Source of the DNA: a virus
Virus record (IMG/VR): IMGVR_UViG_3300017605_000342
Location: 64,001-128,000 of that record
Strand: one strand, 5' to 3'
DNA: 64,000 nt
Below the pieces are notes generated by a model. That model ran no database searches. It saw only the letters and a list, made by a program, of their open reading frames with translations, and was not told the DNA's origin. A program made the position numbers and the translations under genes. Shown here piece after piece: positions 18,725 through 28,100 of the stretch; within the stretch, counting starts at the first letter, position 1; each line of letters opens with the position of its first letter.

Positions 18725-19624
18725 CTATGAAGTTCGTGTAATTCCAGTTGGATCTGTCGGCGTACCACTCAATGTAAATGTGGCTGCCGTCGTGGTACCG
18801 TCTAACTTCTTCATTGTAATAGTCAGAGACGACTTGTCAAACTCGTTCTGACGCTGCATAATCATCAACAAAAACTGCCCCAAGTTGGGTATTACGCCGT
18901 CTGCGGCATATGTCTCAGAGGCGGGAGACGACAGCCAAAACGCTGATGTGATAGCACTTAGCGCTGACGCTGCTAATGTGCCAGACGTGATTGAATTACT
19001 ACCCAAAGTTCCGACTGACACAAGCCCACTGGACAAACTAATTTCGTTAGAACCCGTGCCTGATCTTAGCTTTACGGAGTTATTTGCATCGACTGTAGGC
19101 AACCCCCCGTTAGCTGCCGCTGCTACGTTTGGAATTGCTCCTGCCGCAACAGCAGACCCACCACACTGAGTCACGTTAACAGCAGCAATACCAGAGGTTA
19201 AAGACACCTGTCCTGCACTCGTACCTGACTGTATCTGTATGCGTCCAGATGAGTCTACTACAAAAACGTCTAACGGGTAAGTGATGTTTACTTCGTCACA
19301 ACCGGATGAACGCATGTTCAAATGTACCCAATCAGAGCCAGTAGCCCAAAACGCGTCCGTCACATCAAAGCGATATACTCCGGGCATGTTGGTAGAATCA
19401 ACCTCTCGCCACCCTCCATCAGCGTGAGCAGTGTTGTTCGCAGCAAGTGTTGAACTAGGCGAGAAATTAACCGCTGTGGAAGCTCCCTGCCGATAGTAAT
19501 ACGCAGTGACACTACCAAAAGCAACACCCGTTTTACCGACCCCTGTGGAACTGTCATATAGGGTAACTTCCAAGGAAAGATCTACTCCACCTGGAGGAAT
19601 GCCACCCCTCATTTTATTAGACAT
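18725..19624 (-). CDS. Virion structural protein (tail-associated)
   Basis: G/S/T/A-rich; EVDSTNMPGVYRFD motif; end of tail operon. Confidence 0.6.
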   Translation of the reverse strand: MSNKMRGGIPPGGVDLSLEVTLYDSSTGVGKTGVAFGSVTAYYYRQGASTAVNFSPSSTLAANNTAHADGGWREVDSTNMPGVYRFDVTDAFWATGSDWVHLNMRSSGCDEVNITYPLDVFVVDSSGRIQIQSGTSAGQVSLTSGIAAVNVTQCGGSAVAAGAIPNVAAAANGGLPTVDANNSVKLRSGTGSNEISLSSGLVSVGTLGSNSITSGTLAASALSAITSAFWLSSPASETYAADGVIPNLGQFLLMIMQRQNEFDKSSLTITMKKLDGTTTAATFTLSGTPTDPTGITRTS

Positions 19625-19636
19625 CTATATACCTCA

Positions 19637-20116
19637 CTATGAAGTTGGTGGAGTAAACTGCAAGTAAAAAGCAGTCAATCTCACCACACCGGCTGACGGT
19701 GTACCACCATTCGCCGTAATTCTAATCTTTGCTGTTGAGCTTTGAGTTGGTCCGGCAGCATCCGTAGTTACAGCCCCTTTCATGTGATTCAACCCCACAC
19801 CAGTTGTTCCAGATGAAAGTGCCATGCCGGTAATAAACCTAGCCGCAGTAGTTGGGTCACCTATATCGATTGAAGTTACACCACCACCACTGATGGTGGT
19901 TGTTACTCTAGCCACCACTGCTTCTAATAAAGCATTTGCAGGTAAGTCAATGGTAGTATCAGAAGTCGTTCCAATAGTACTTAGGGTTTTTAATTCGGTA
20001 ACATAACCCTGAGTGACCTTGGCACCATTAGCCGTAGTTTCCTGAGCTTGAGTACCAAACCATGTGTTGTTCGCAGTGAAGAAATTCAGCGAACGTCTAA
20101 TCCAATTAACTGTCAT
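19637..20116 (-). CDS. Virion structural protein (beta-sandwich)
   Basis: LPANA, SIDIGD, AGVVRLTAFY; strong AGGAG RBS. Confidence 0.6.
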   Translation of the reverse strand: MTVNWIRRSLNFFTANNTWFGTQAQETTANGAKVTQGYVTELKTLSTIGTTSDTTIDLPANALLEAVVARVTTTISGGGVTSIDIGDPTTAARFITGMALSSGTTGVGLNHMKGAVTTDAAGPTQSSTAKIRITANGGTPSAGVVRLTAFYLQFTPPTS

Positions 20117-20124
20117 TTCTTCTC

Positions 20125-21306
20125 CTAGTTGTCATAAATCGTTACGCCTCTGCGTATATAGATGTTCTCCGTTCCAGGATTGTCAATCGTTATATAAGGG
20201 ATTAAATAAATGTCGGCGCTCATACTAGCTTTACCACTATTACCGATTTGATTATCCCTGATTACGCCACCTTGTGACGGGTTTAAACCACCAGTAGCAA
20301 TACCATAACCAGCGGCGGTTGCTTCTGGATTGTCCTCTCCAACACCAACAGTTCTTGTAGAGCTATATGGAGAATACTGTGTATCAGAACTTCTGTACGC
20401 TCTAATTCTATACGAGTAAATACCGCCGGTCACCACGTTAGTATCTGTAAAGGTTTGAACATCAGCCGCAGTAACAAATAAAGTTTCGAAAGTTCCACTG
20501 GACCCTATTTTACGTTCAATAATATAAGCGGTTTCTGTAGTTGCATTATCAACCCAAATCAATTTTACTTGCGGGTTACCCGACACAAACTCAGCCACGG
20601 CTGATGAGAAAGTCGGAGAAGTGAGATTTGACACCACCAAACTATCGGTGGTTATAGCACCGGAAGCTGCATAAGTAGACTCTCCGTATTGATTGACTGC
20701 TTTAACTCGGTACAAGTAAGAAACATCGTATGACAGCCCAGTATCAGAATATGAAACAGAATCTGCTGGCAGACTAGTTACTGTTCTCCACGTAGCATCA
20801 ACGTTGCTAGATCTCTGTAAAATGAAGTTACTCTCATTGTTAGAATTATCATTCCACAAAAGATCAATAGTGTTTGCAGTCGAGGCCCCAGTCAGGTTAG
20901 ACGGTGGCAACGGTGGTGCCGTATCAGTACCTGGATCTGGCACAGGATCGGGCGTAAAAGCTGGCAATGTAATTTCCGCAATATTAGAATAAGTACTATA
21001 TCCGCCAGCATGTTGATTTCTGACTCGGTATCTATAGACAGTGGAAGGGGTAAGCGTACGGTCATACCCATCCAAAAAATAAGCAAGTCCAGTGCTTGTC
21101 AAAACATACGGGTCCACAAGGTCCGTGGCAAACTCCGTAAAGCCACTACACGCAGCACCTGTACAGAACTCCAAACTGAAGAACACGCTGTTAGCCGTAG
21201 CTCCAGGTTCCCAGACTAAATAAACCACAAGTCTCTGACCAATAGTAAACTGTTTAACAGTGTAGCTTGCTTCTAAATTATTAGGTGGAAAATCTAATAT
21301 ACCCAT
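20125..21306 (-). CDS. Three-FN3-domain protein with beta-helix-like C-terminal segment
   Basis: WNDNSNNE, WVDNATTE, YRVKAVN/YRIRAY FN3 motifs; tail GVIRDNQIGNSG. Confidence 0.8.
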   Translation of the reverse strand: MGILDFPPNNLEASYTVKQFTIGQRLVVYLVWEPGATANSVFFSLEFCTGAACSGFTEFATDLVDPYVLTSTGLAYFLDGYDRTLTPSTVYRYRVRNQHAGGYSTYSNIAEITLPAFTPDPVPDPGTDTAPPLPPSNLTGASTANTIDLLWNDNSNNESNFILQRSSNVDATWRTVTSLPADSVSYSDTGLSYDVSYLYRVKAVNQYGESTYAASGAITTDSLVVSNLTSPTFSSAVAEFVSGNPQVKLIWVDNATTETAYIIERKIGSSGTFETLFVTAADVQTFTDTNVVTGGIYSYRIRAYRSSDTQYSPYSSTRTVGVGEDNPEATAAGYGIATGGLNPSQGGVIRDNQIGNSGKASMSADIYLIPYITIDNPGTENIYIRRGVTIYDN

Positions 21307-21311
21307 ATCAC

Positions 21312-23756
21312 TTAGTCAAATTGTAGAGGATAACCATGTCCATTATTTTTAATCTGATTATCACTAATAATGAAGTCTTTCAAACCATCAATCAAAATAC
21401 CGCTAGCTCCGTTACTGCAAACAACATTGTCTTGTATTGTGACACCCTCAGTAAGCGCTCCTTGTTGAGCCGCTCCCAAAATTCTAATACCATCAGAACC
21501 ATTACGACAGAATATGTTATCCGTGATTGTTAGACGTGCATCCAACCCCGCCGCTAAATCATAGATGTCTTGGTCAAAGGCCATGTCTTTTTCAACGAAC
21601 TCCATGCCATAGTCTGTGAACCAAACAGCGTTACCCATACCAGGTGTAACTAAATCGTCGAGGTTGCCGCACAAACCATCATCAGTTGGTAAAGTACCAA
21701 CAACAGTTCCGGGGATAGACGTTCCGTAGTTATTCGGTTCTGGAGAGGCACCAGTAATCTCCAAAAAGAATCTAGTAACAGCGACGTTTGTATCTGGAGG
21801 AAGTGCACCACAAGCTGCAAAGGCTCTTATTTCGGATGCTGTAAGAGCACGAGCAATCACTGCAACTCTTGCAATCTTACCGTTAAAGGCATGCTGTGGA
21901 GTCAAGCCGTACATGTTTATCCCGATACCACACGCAACTGAGCCGTTAGGTGCTATAGCATGACCACCACTTCTAGTACCAACCAGTTGCACGCTGCCTG
22001 GAGTAAACCCAGCATAAAAATCAGCAATAACAGGAGCACCAGAAAAAGTAATATTAATACAAACAAACAACGGCGTACCAGCCACCAAAAAGTTTGACGG
22101 TGCACCACCAGCAGTTGTAAGTGGAACCTTCAGAGAATAGTCTGTCCAGTTACCTGCCACTAGTGGCTCTGTTGACCAAAATAATTCTAGTTCATTTGAA
22201 GCAGTTATTCGCATAGAATAACCAGAGTCATATCTATTTCCAAGAATCGTCCCTAATACTCCTATACTGGCAGGTTCAATCCACGCGCACTGACAAGAAG
22301 GGTTATTGAATAGTCCCTGCCCAGTTAGTTTAATGTAGTTAGATACAGACCCATCCCACACCCTAGATAACCCAACATCCGCCGGCTCATCCGCTTCAGC
22401 ACCAGTTGCCCCAGTTAGGTCTGAAATATTGTTACCGTCAATAGTAACTTCAGTACTTGCCCAACATGCCGCACCTCTAAAGACACTGCAATTTTTACTG
22501 TAACAGCCAGTAACGTGCACACCGCGACACACATCCAAGTTAATCAAAGCTGTGTCTCTGTCGTTGCTGACGGCGTATTTCAGCGCGGTGTCAAATTTAA
22601 CGTTATCAAAGTTAACATAAGATGAAAAACCTATTTGAAACTTTTCACCAATTCCATGAGCAATTGTTAAATCTTTAACTGTAAGTTTACTTACTTTATA
22701 TGCCCGCAATGCCCACAAAGACTTGGCTTGCTTCGCCGCATCTTCTGTCTCGTCCTCTGTAAATTCTCCGTTAGTGTCATAGATACCTTCTAGGTCGATA
22801 GTACCTGTACCGTCAATGACAATATCATGATCACCAGAATCTATGTCTCCAACAAAAGAGTTTCGTGCTTCCAAAACAGTTATCTGTCCGTTAGGATAGT
22901 TCTGGATTGACGCAAATAATACCCGCAAAGTGCCGTTAACTCTAAAATGTACGCCACTGTCTATCCACAAACAAACCCCAACTGGTCCGTAATATGTTCC
23001 ATCACACAGATCGTCTTCAACAGGTGCAATATTGGCTATCACGCTACTTGGAACAAGAACGCGGGTTCTTCCCGATCCTGCTAAAACGTTTGCTCTCGCT
23101 TGATCCAGTGCTTGTTGGATTTTGGCGGTTTCATCACCAACTCCAGTAACTCCTAAATCTCGTACCACATCAATCCAGTCATCTGTAAAAGGAACAACAT
23201 CTGGGTCACTTTCACTAGGAAAAACAGACTGTGCAATAAACGTAGAAAATTCTCCGAGCGTGTTATAAAACAATGCGCCCAAAGGAATAGGCTCTATTAC
23301 AATAACCGCTTGTGGCACAACAATGGGTGGCGGCGTCGGTGTCGGTGGTATATCCGGTGGTGCAGGAGTGCTGTTTAACACCGTAACAGTTATAGTACTT
23401 GTTGTAAATGTATTACCAGCAAAGTCTGTAACTACCGCAGAAATTGTATGGGGGCCGTTAGTAGTTGTTGCTGTATTCCACGGCAACGAAAAGCTCGATG
23501 AAATCGAAGTTATAGGCCCACCAAGAGGAGCTGAATCTAGATAAAGTTGCACATTGGCCACTCCAACATCGTCGGTGGCAGTACACGTTACTGTAACACT
23601 GCCAGCTAGAGTAGCTCCGTTACTTGGTGCACTGATGGACCCAGTAGGCGCAGTAGTATCAGGAGTGCCACCGCCACCATACTCGTAGGCACCGATATCC
23701 CACGTTGACCCCTGAGGTCTTACAACTCCATCAAAATCTGTAGTAAATAAAGGCAT
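21312..23756 (-). CDS. Mosaic tailspike/adhesin: anchor peptide, Ig-like domain, beta-helix with inserted LamG-like domain
   Basis: DTTAPT..ISAP..G Ig domain; GDETAKIQQALD pectate-lyase-3-like start; I.DN.I..NG rungs; FNGKIARVAVIARALTASEI. Confidence 0.8.
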   Translation of the reverse strand: MPLFTTDFDGVVRPQGSTWDIGAYEYGGGGTPDTTAPTGSISAPSNGATLAGSVTVTCTATDDVGVANVQLYLDSAPLGGPITSISSSFSLPWNTATTTNGPHTISAVVTDFAGNTFTTSTITVTVLNSTPAPPDIPPTPTPPPIVVPQAVIVIEPIPLGALFYNTLGEFSTFIAQSVFPSESDPDVVPFTDDWIDVVRDLGVTGVGDETAKIQQALDQARANVLAGSGRTRVLVPSSVIANIAPVEDDLCDGTYYGPVGVCLWIDSGVHFRVNGTLRVLFASIQNYPNGQITVLEARNSFVGDIDSGDHDIVIDGTGTIDLEGIYDTNGEFTEDETEDAAKQAKSLWALRAYKVSKLTVKDLTIAHGIGEKFQIGFSSYVNFDNVKFDTALKYAVSNDRDTALINLDVCRGVHVTGCYSKNCSVFRGAACWASTEVTIDGNNISDLTGATGAEADEPADVGLSRVWDGSVSNYIKLTGQGLFNNPSCQCAWIEPASIGVLGTILGNRYDSGYSMRITASNELELFWSTEPLVAGNWTDYSLKVPLTTAGGAPSNFLVAGTPLFVCINITFSGAPVIADFYAGFTPGSVQLVGTRSGGHAIAPNGSVACGIGINMYGLTPQHAFNGKIARVAVIARALTASEIRAFAACGALPPDTNVAVTRFFLEITGASPEPNNYGTSIPGTVVGTLPTDDGLCGNLDDLVTPGMGNAVWFTDYGMEFVEKDMAFDQDIYDLAAGLDARLTITDNIFCRNGSDGIRILGAAQQGALTEGVTIQDNVVCSNGASGILIDGLKDFIISDNQIKNNGHGYPLQFD

Positions 23757-23759
23757 CTA

Positions 23760-24149
23760 TTACATCACTCTAAATGTACGATCACTAACATCAAACACAT
23801 CTGGATATTCTACACTACTTAGTTTAAGAATACATGTGCTAGATGATGGTCCTACTACCCACCAGTTTGCACTACCTGAGTTAAAAGTGTTAAATAGAAA
23901 CTGATAACTTGAACCATTATTTCTAGATAATTCAATCTTGATTGTAGAACTTTCTGGTAAGTTTGTAGAATTCCAGTAGAAACTTTTCCAACGTCCAGTC
24001 TTCAAACGTTCTCCACCATTTGGAGAAATAATAGAAATCGTAGGAGTTACAGGTTGCGGGTTATCGAAGATAAATTCTAACGCACCGATGTCCCAAGCAA
24101 CTCCCTGCGGCCTTAAAACACCATCGAAGTCTGTATTGAATAAAGGCAT
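23760..24149 (-). CDS. Anchor peptide plus single Ig-like (SPNGGE-type) domain
   Basis: ISIISPNGGE, IKIELSRNNG, DVSDRTF. Confidence 0.75.
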   Translation of the reverse strand: MPLFNTDFDGVLRPQGVAWDIGALEFIFDNPQPVTPTISIISPNGGERLKTGRWKSFYWNSTNLPESSTIKIELSRNNGSSYQFLFNTFNSGSANWWVVGPSSSTCILKLSSVEYPDVFDVSDRTFRVM

Positions 24150-24163
24150 AAGTTTTCCCTCCG

Positions 24164-25162
24164 TTAGTTAATCACAACCCCTTGGTCGATTGCGTTTGTG
24201 CTTGCGGCAGTCAGGTGGAAATCCCCACCAGCAGCGTTTACAAAGTGTGGGTCTGTGGTCAAGTTATTCGATAAAACCGTTCCTGATCCGTTGTTGGTAA
24301 TACCGCCACTTTGGTACACGATGTTGTTCTTTACCCTAGCTCCTGCACTATCTGCGTTCATGACTATTCCAGTAGGATTGTTGTAGATTGTGTTATTATA
24401 TATCATAGCGTTAGTCGGATTGTTCCAAGCTACTTCTATTCCGCGTGAATTGCCGTAGATCAAGTTGTTATAAACTAAAATGCTATCGCCAGAAGTTACG
24501 ACCACAGCAGCCGCATTACCTCCAGTGCCATTGCTATAGATCCTATTGTTCCTTATAATGTTTCCATCCGTCCGCTCACCATAGCCATTGTAAGTCTGTA
24601 CACCACAGCCAAAGTTAGAGTAGATCGTACATCCATCAACGATGTTGTGTTGACTGCCTAAGTAAAAGCCGTGATCTTGTGGGGTATTGCTTATAGTATT
24701 GTGCCCATTATGGTGTACGATGCAGTCGATAAACTCATTATAACCGTCAGCGGCGTGCGTGCAATGAACCCCTTGACGCTGAGCGTTCTTTATCTCACAC
24801 CCAATAACACGGATATGGTTCACACCACTGTTAATGGCAACAACTTCATCAGATGTGTTTTGACCATCCAGACTTAGGTTCTGAAAAATCACATACTTTA
24901 TATAAGAAGCCGTCATGTTCAGCACGCGCATATTGACTGTTTCTCCAGAATAGGCGGAAATCAGTGGTGCGTTGCTCCAAGACGTTCCGGTAGGAATTGT
25001 TTGAGAGTTGGCATCAATGCTCTCGTTATATGTGCCAGAGCGAATATAGAGCGTATCCCCAGCAACCATTACGCTGATGCCTTTGGCTATAGTTTGGAAA
25101 GGTGATCCGATAGTTCCTGGGTTACTATTATTACCTGTTGTTGCTACGTAGTATATTGCCAT
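24164..25162 (-). CDS. Right-handed beta-helix protein (DUF1565/pectate-lyase-like)
   Basis: YYVATTGNNSNPGT..PFQTI, GDTLYIRSGTY, repeated YNN.IY.N rungs, DPHFVNAAGGDFHL. Confidence 0.85.
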   Translation of the reverse strand: MAIYYVATTGNNSNPGTIGSPFQTIAKGISVMVAGDTLYIRSGTYNESIDANSQTIPTGTSWSNAPLISAYSGETVNMRVLNMTASYIKYVIFQNLSLDGQNTSDEVVAINSGVNHIRVIGCEIKNAQRQGVHCTHAADGYNEFIDCIVHHNGHNTISNTPQDHGFYLGSQHNIVDGCTIYSNFGCGVQTYNGYGERTDGNIIRNNRIYSNGTGGNAAAVVVTSGDSILVYNNLIYGNSRGIEVAWNNPTNAMIYNNTIYNNPTGIVMNADSAGARVKNNIVYQSGGITNNGSGTVLSNNLTTDPHFVNAAGGDFHLTAASTNAIDQGVVIN

Positions 25163-28100
25163 TATTCAGTTTCTCCTACGTTATCGTAAGTAAAATTTAG
25201 TCCTGGGCCATCCTCACTGGCACCTAGAACAATGTCTGAATGATTATAAAAACTCGTACCTACAAACGGAAGACACACTCTCAAGTTCAAATCTACTGTA
25301 TTGATGTTGTGTACTACCAAATTGTAATTAAGAATTGTTGCGGCTGAGACAGCAGCAGGCACTCTTGGAAGATCTACTACCGTAGCAAGAGGCTGCCAAT
25401 CTCCAGTCAACAAATAGTCTTGACGCGAGTAAAAACCATACGGCTGAATAGACTCTCCGGGGGCCGCGTCATCTTTGATGTTCAAACGAACATACAAACC
25501 GTCGTCTGCTGTAACATCAATAGCCCGTATCCAAATAAAGAAAACCGAAACGCCCTTTTGCATAGGAATTTCTGTTTCAAAATTGATAAACCCGCTGTCG
25601 AATATTGTTGCCCCACCTGGTAAAAAAACAGTGGCCCCTTCATACTGGAATCCATCGTTCGTTGGAGTAATGTTATAAGGTCCTGGGTTATCCACACCGA
25701 TTGGTATATACGGAGAAATAGCTGTGCCCACACCACGACTATCAGTGAAGACATTGGAACTCAACGATAGTAAGTTGTTGAATGTTGCAACTAGACCGTA
25801 TACATCACTACTTAGTAAAATTGTTCCGGCAGTAGTGATAGGTAAGTTAGCCTTAAACACTGGGTGTTTAATAGTACCGCCCTTTGCAACAATGCTAGAC
25901 GGGTTACCAGGAATTTCTGGGAATACAATACGGATTCCAGATGAGAACCTAGAATAATTTCCGGCTGCATCATACGCTCGAACAAAACAAATTGTTTCGC
26001 GGCGGCGGGCAATCTTAAATTCGGAGGCAGTTGTTTGTCCGTTTGTAATCGTGTCATAGACTAGGTAGTTGGTGTTGTTCGCATCTCCCCAACCTTGGTC
26101 TGCATACCTAAGCTCGAAGCCACCACCAACAGGTGGTGCTTGACCGATAGAAATTACGAAGTAGTTTGGGTCATCCTCGTCTACAGTAAGACCAGACACA
26201 AAAGTATCTGACGGTACAGAAGTCCATGCTTTTAGACGTAAGTCAACTAGAACATCTATAGCAGTCGCTGGCAACAACTCAGACGTACCACCATATGTCA
26301 GCGTTAGTGTAATTGAATTAAACAGCAATGACAGTGCATTCGTTGTTTCTATGATTTCAGCAAGATCGGCGGCGGTTGGTAACTCTGCCGTATCCGTTGG
26401 AGCAAATGGATTTGGTGGAACTTTCAGGCTAGCCAAGAATTTCTTAACTTGGTCGATCTTACCAAAAGTAACTGTGTGCTTAACAATGTCTTTTGATTTT
26501 GAATCAATCAAAGACTCTACTGAAGTAATAACTTCAGACTGAGACACAGGCAACCCAGCAGGCAAATTTGCAAACCTCAAAATAGTACCAGGACGAGGCA
26601 CACCCGTAAACTCTACAGTACTAAACTGCTCGTAGGTACCCGCATAGTGCTGGTATGAACCTTCGGCAACCAATGCAGCCGCTGCCATTTCGCACTCCAC
26701 AGATGTTCGTGGTAAAGGACTCAAATCTTTTTTGGTAATAGTACGCAACCCGTTGTCACCCCACACTGCTGCTTCTGATGTTATCAAATCAGCATTCTGG
26801 GCACGTCCTATGGCAATGCCGGCACGACGGTAGCGCAACCGCATGATTTGACCTGGTGTGGGTGTGTTGGCAGATAGCTTTGTACTGTCCTTAAAGAATG
26901 TTAGTGTTGCATCTCCTGCGTTATACAGGGTTGATCCTAGAATATTTCCAGAATCTATACGCCCTTGACGTGATGTAATAATGGTAGCAACAGGCCCCAT
27001 ACCATCGTAAGAATCTATTTCATTAGGTCCAACCTGTTTTGGCGTCCATGTTATAGAAGTAAAATCTTCTTCAATAGGAGCACCAGTACCAATATCAAAT
27101 TTGTTACGTTCAGGATACCACAGATCCTTGTCAACAGTTGACAATGACACTTGCATTGGCACACTGATTGTAATGTTTGATAGTGTTATATGCAAGTTGT
27201 TAGAAACTACAGGAACATACGCGGCAAAAAATTGTCCAGCACCTACTCCCGTGTTTGACCCCGCATGTGTCCAAATAGTTTGATTAGTTGTGGGCCTTCC
27301 GGTAGTTGCATCAATCTCTGTAATGATCGTTCTATATACCGGAATATCGGCAACAGTATTACCACCAAAACTACCCAAGGTTCCAGTGATAGTACGAAAC
27401 AGGTATTCCCTGTCGTGCCTGTTTATATTCTGAAAGGTTACTAGTGTGCGTAAAATGTATCTTTTGTTATCAGCTAACGTGCTGACCGTATAGGTATCCG
27501 ACTGCACTACCCCGTTAATGATTGGATGTAAGTCAGTGCCAACTACCTGAATACCAAACACACACCCCGCCATCGAAGAGCTTGGAGTACTTGTCCACAA
27601 TGACGCAATAATACCAGAACCACTATCTGTCACAAAGTCAAACTCTCCGTGAGTTAGACGTAAATTACCTTGCAAAGGAATCAATGCCTTAGATTGTAGG
27701 TACACTCCGTAAGCATCTGCCGCGTTGCCAATAATGTTTAGATACCCGTTGTCCACTCGGATAACGTTGTTAACGGAATCTACTTCAGTCCAAATGTTAC
27801 TATCAACTGCTGCCCCAGAAAAAATGTCATCTAACAACAAGGCACTGTCAACGCCATACACGGAAGAGGCCATCGGAAATGCATTAGTTAAACCGTCACC
27901 TACCCAAAATTCATTCATCAATCCTTGCGGTTCAACGTCTCCCAGCACAATGGCGTCATTAATAACTGGGTCTGTTATTGGACCGATAGACAAACGCCCC
28001 GGCGTGAAGTGTGGATTATGTTTACCTGCCCAGCCTGTGGCAGTACCTGTACCATTGCCCACAGAGTCTGTTAGCGTGAAATTGGACGCACCCACACTTT

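Noticed and set aside
23757-23762. In-frame read-through fusing the 129-aa and 814-aa genes
   Set aside because: Two consecutive stops (TAA TAG), and both genes begin with their own MPLF start
24150-24166. Single sequencing error or frameshift explaining the split motif
   Set aside because: The 14-nt spacer contains a well-placed GGAGG, and a second diverged copy of the same N-terminus exists; raw reads should still be checked
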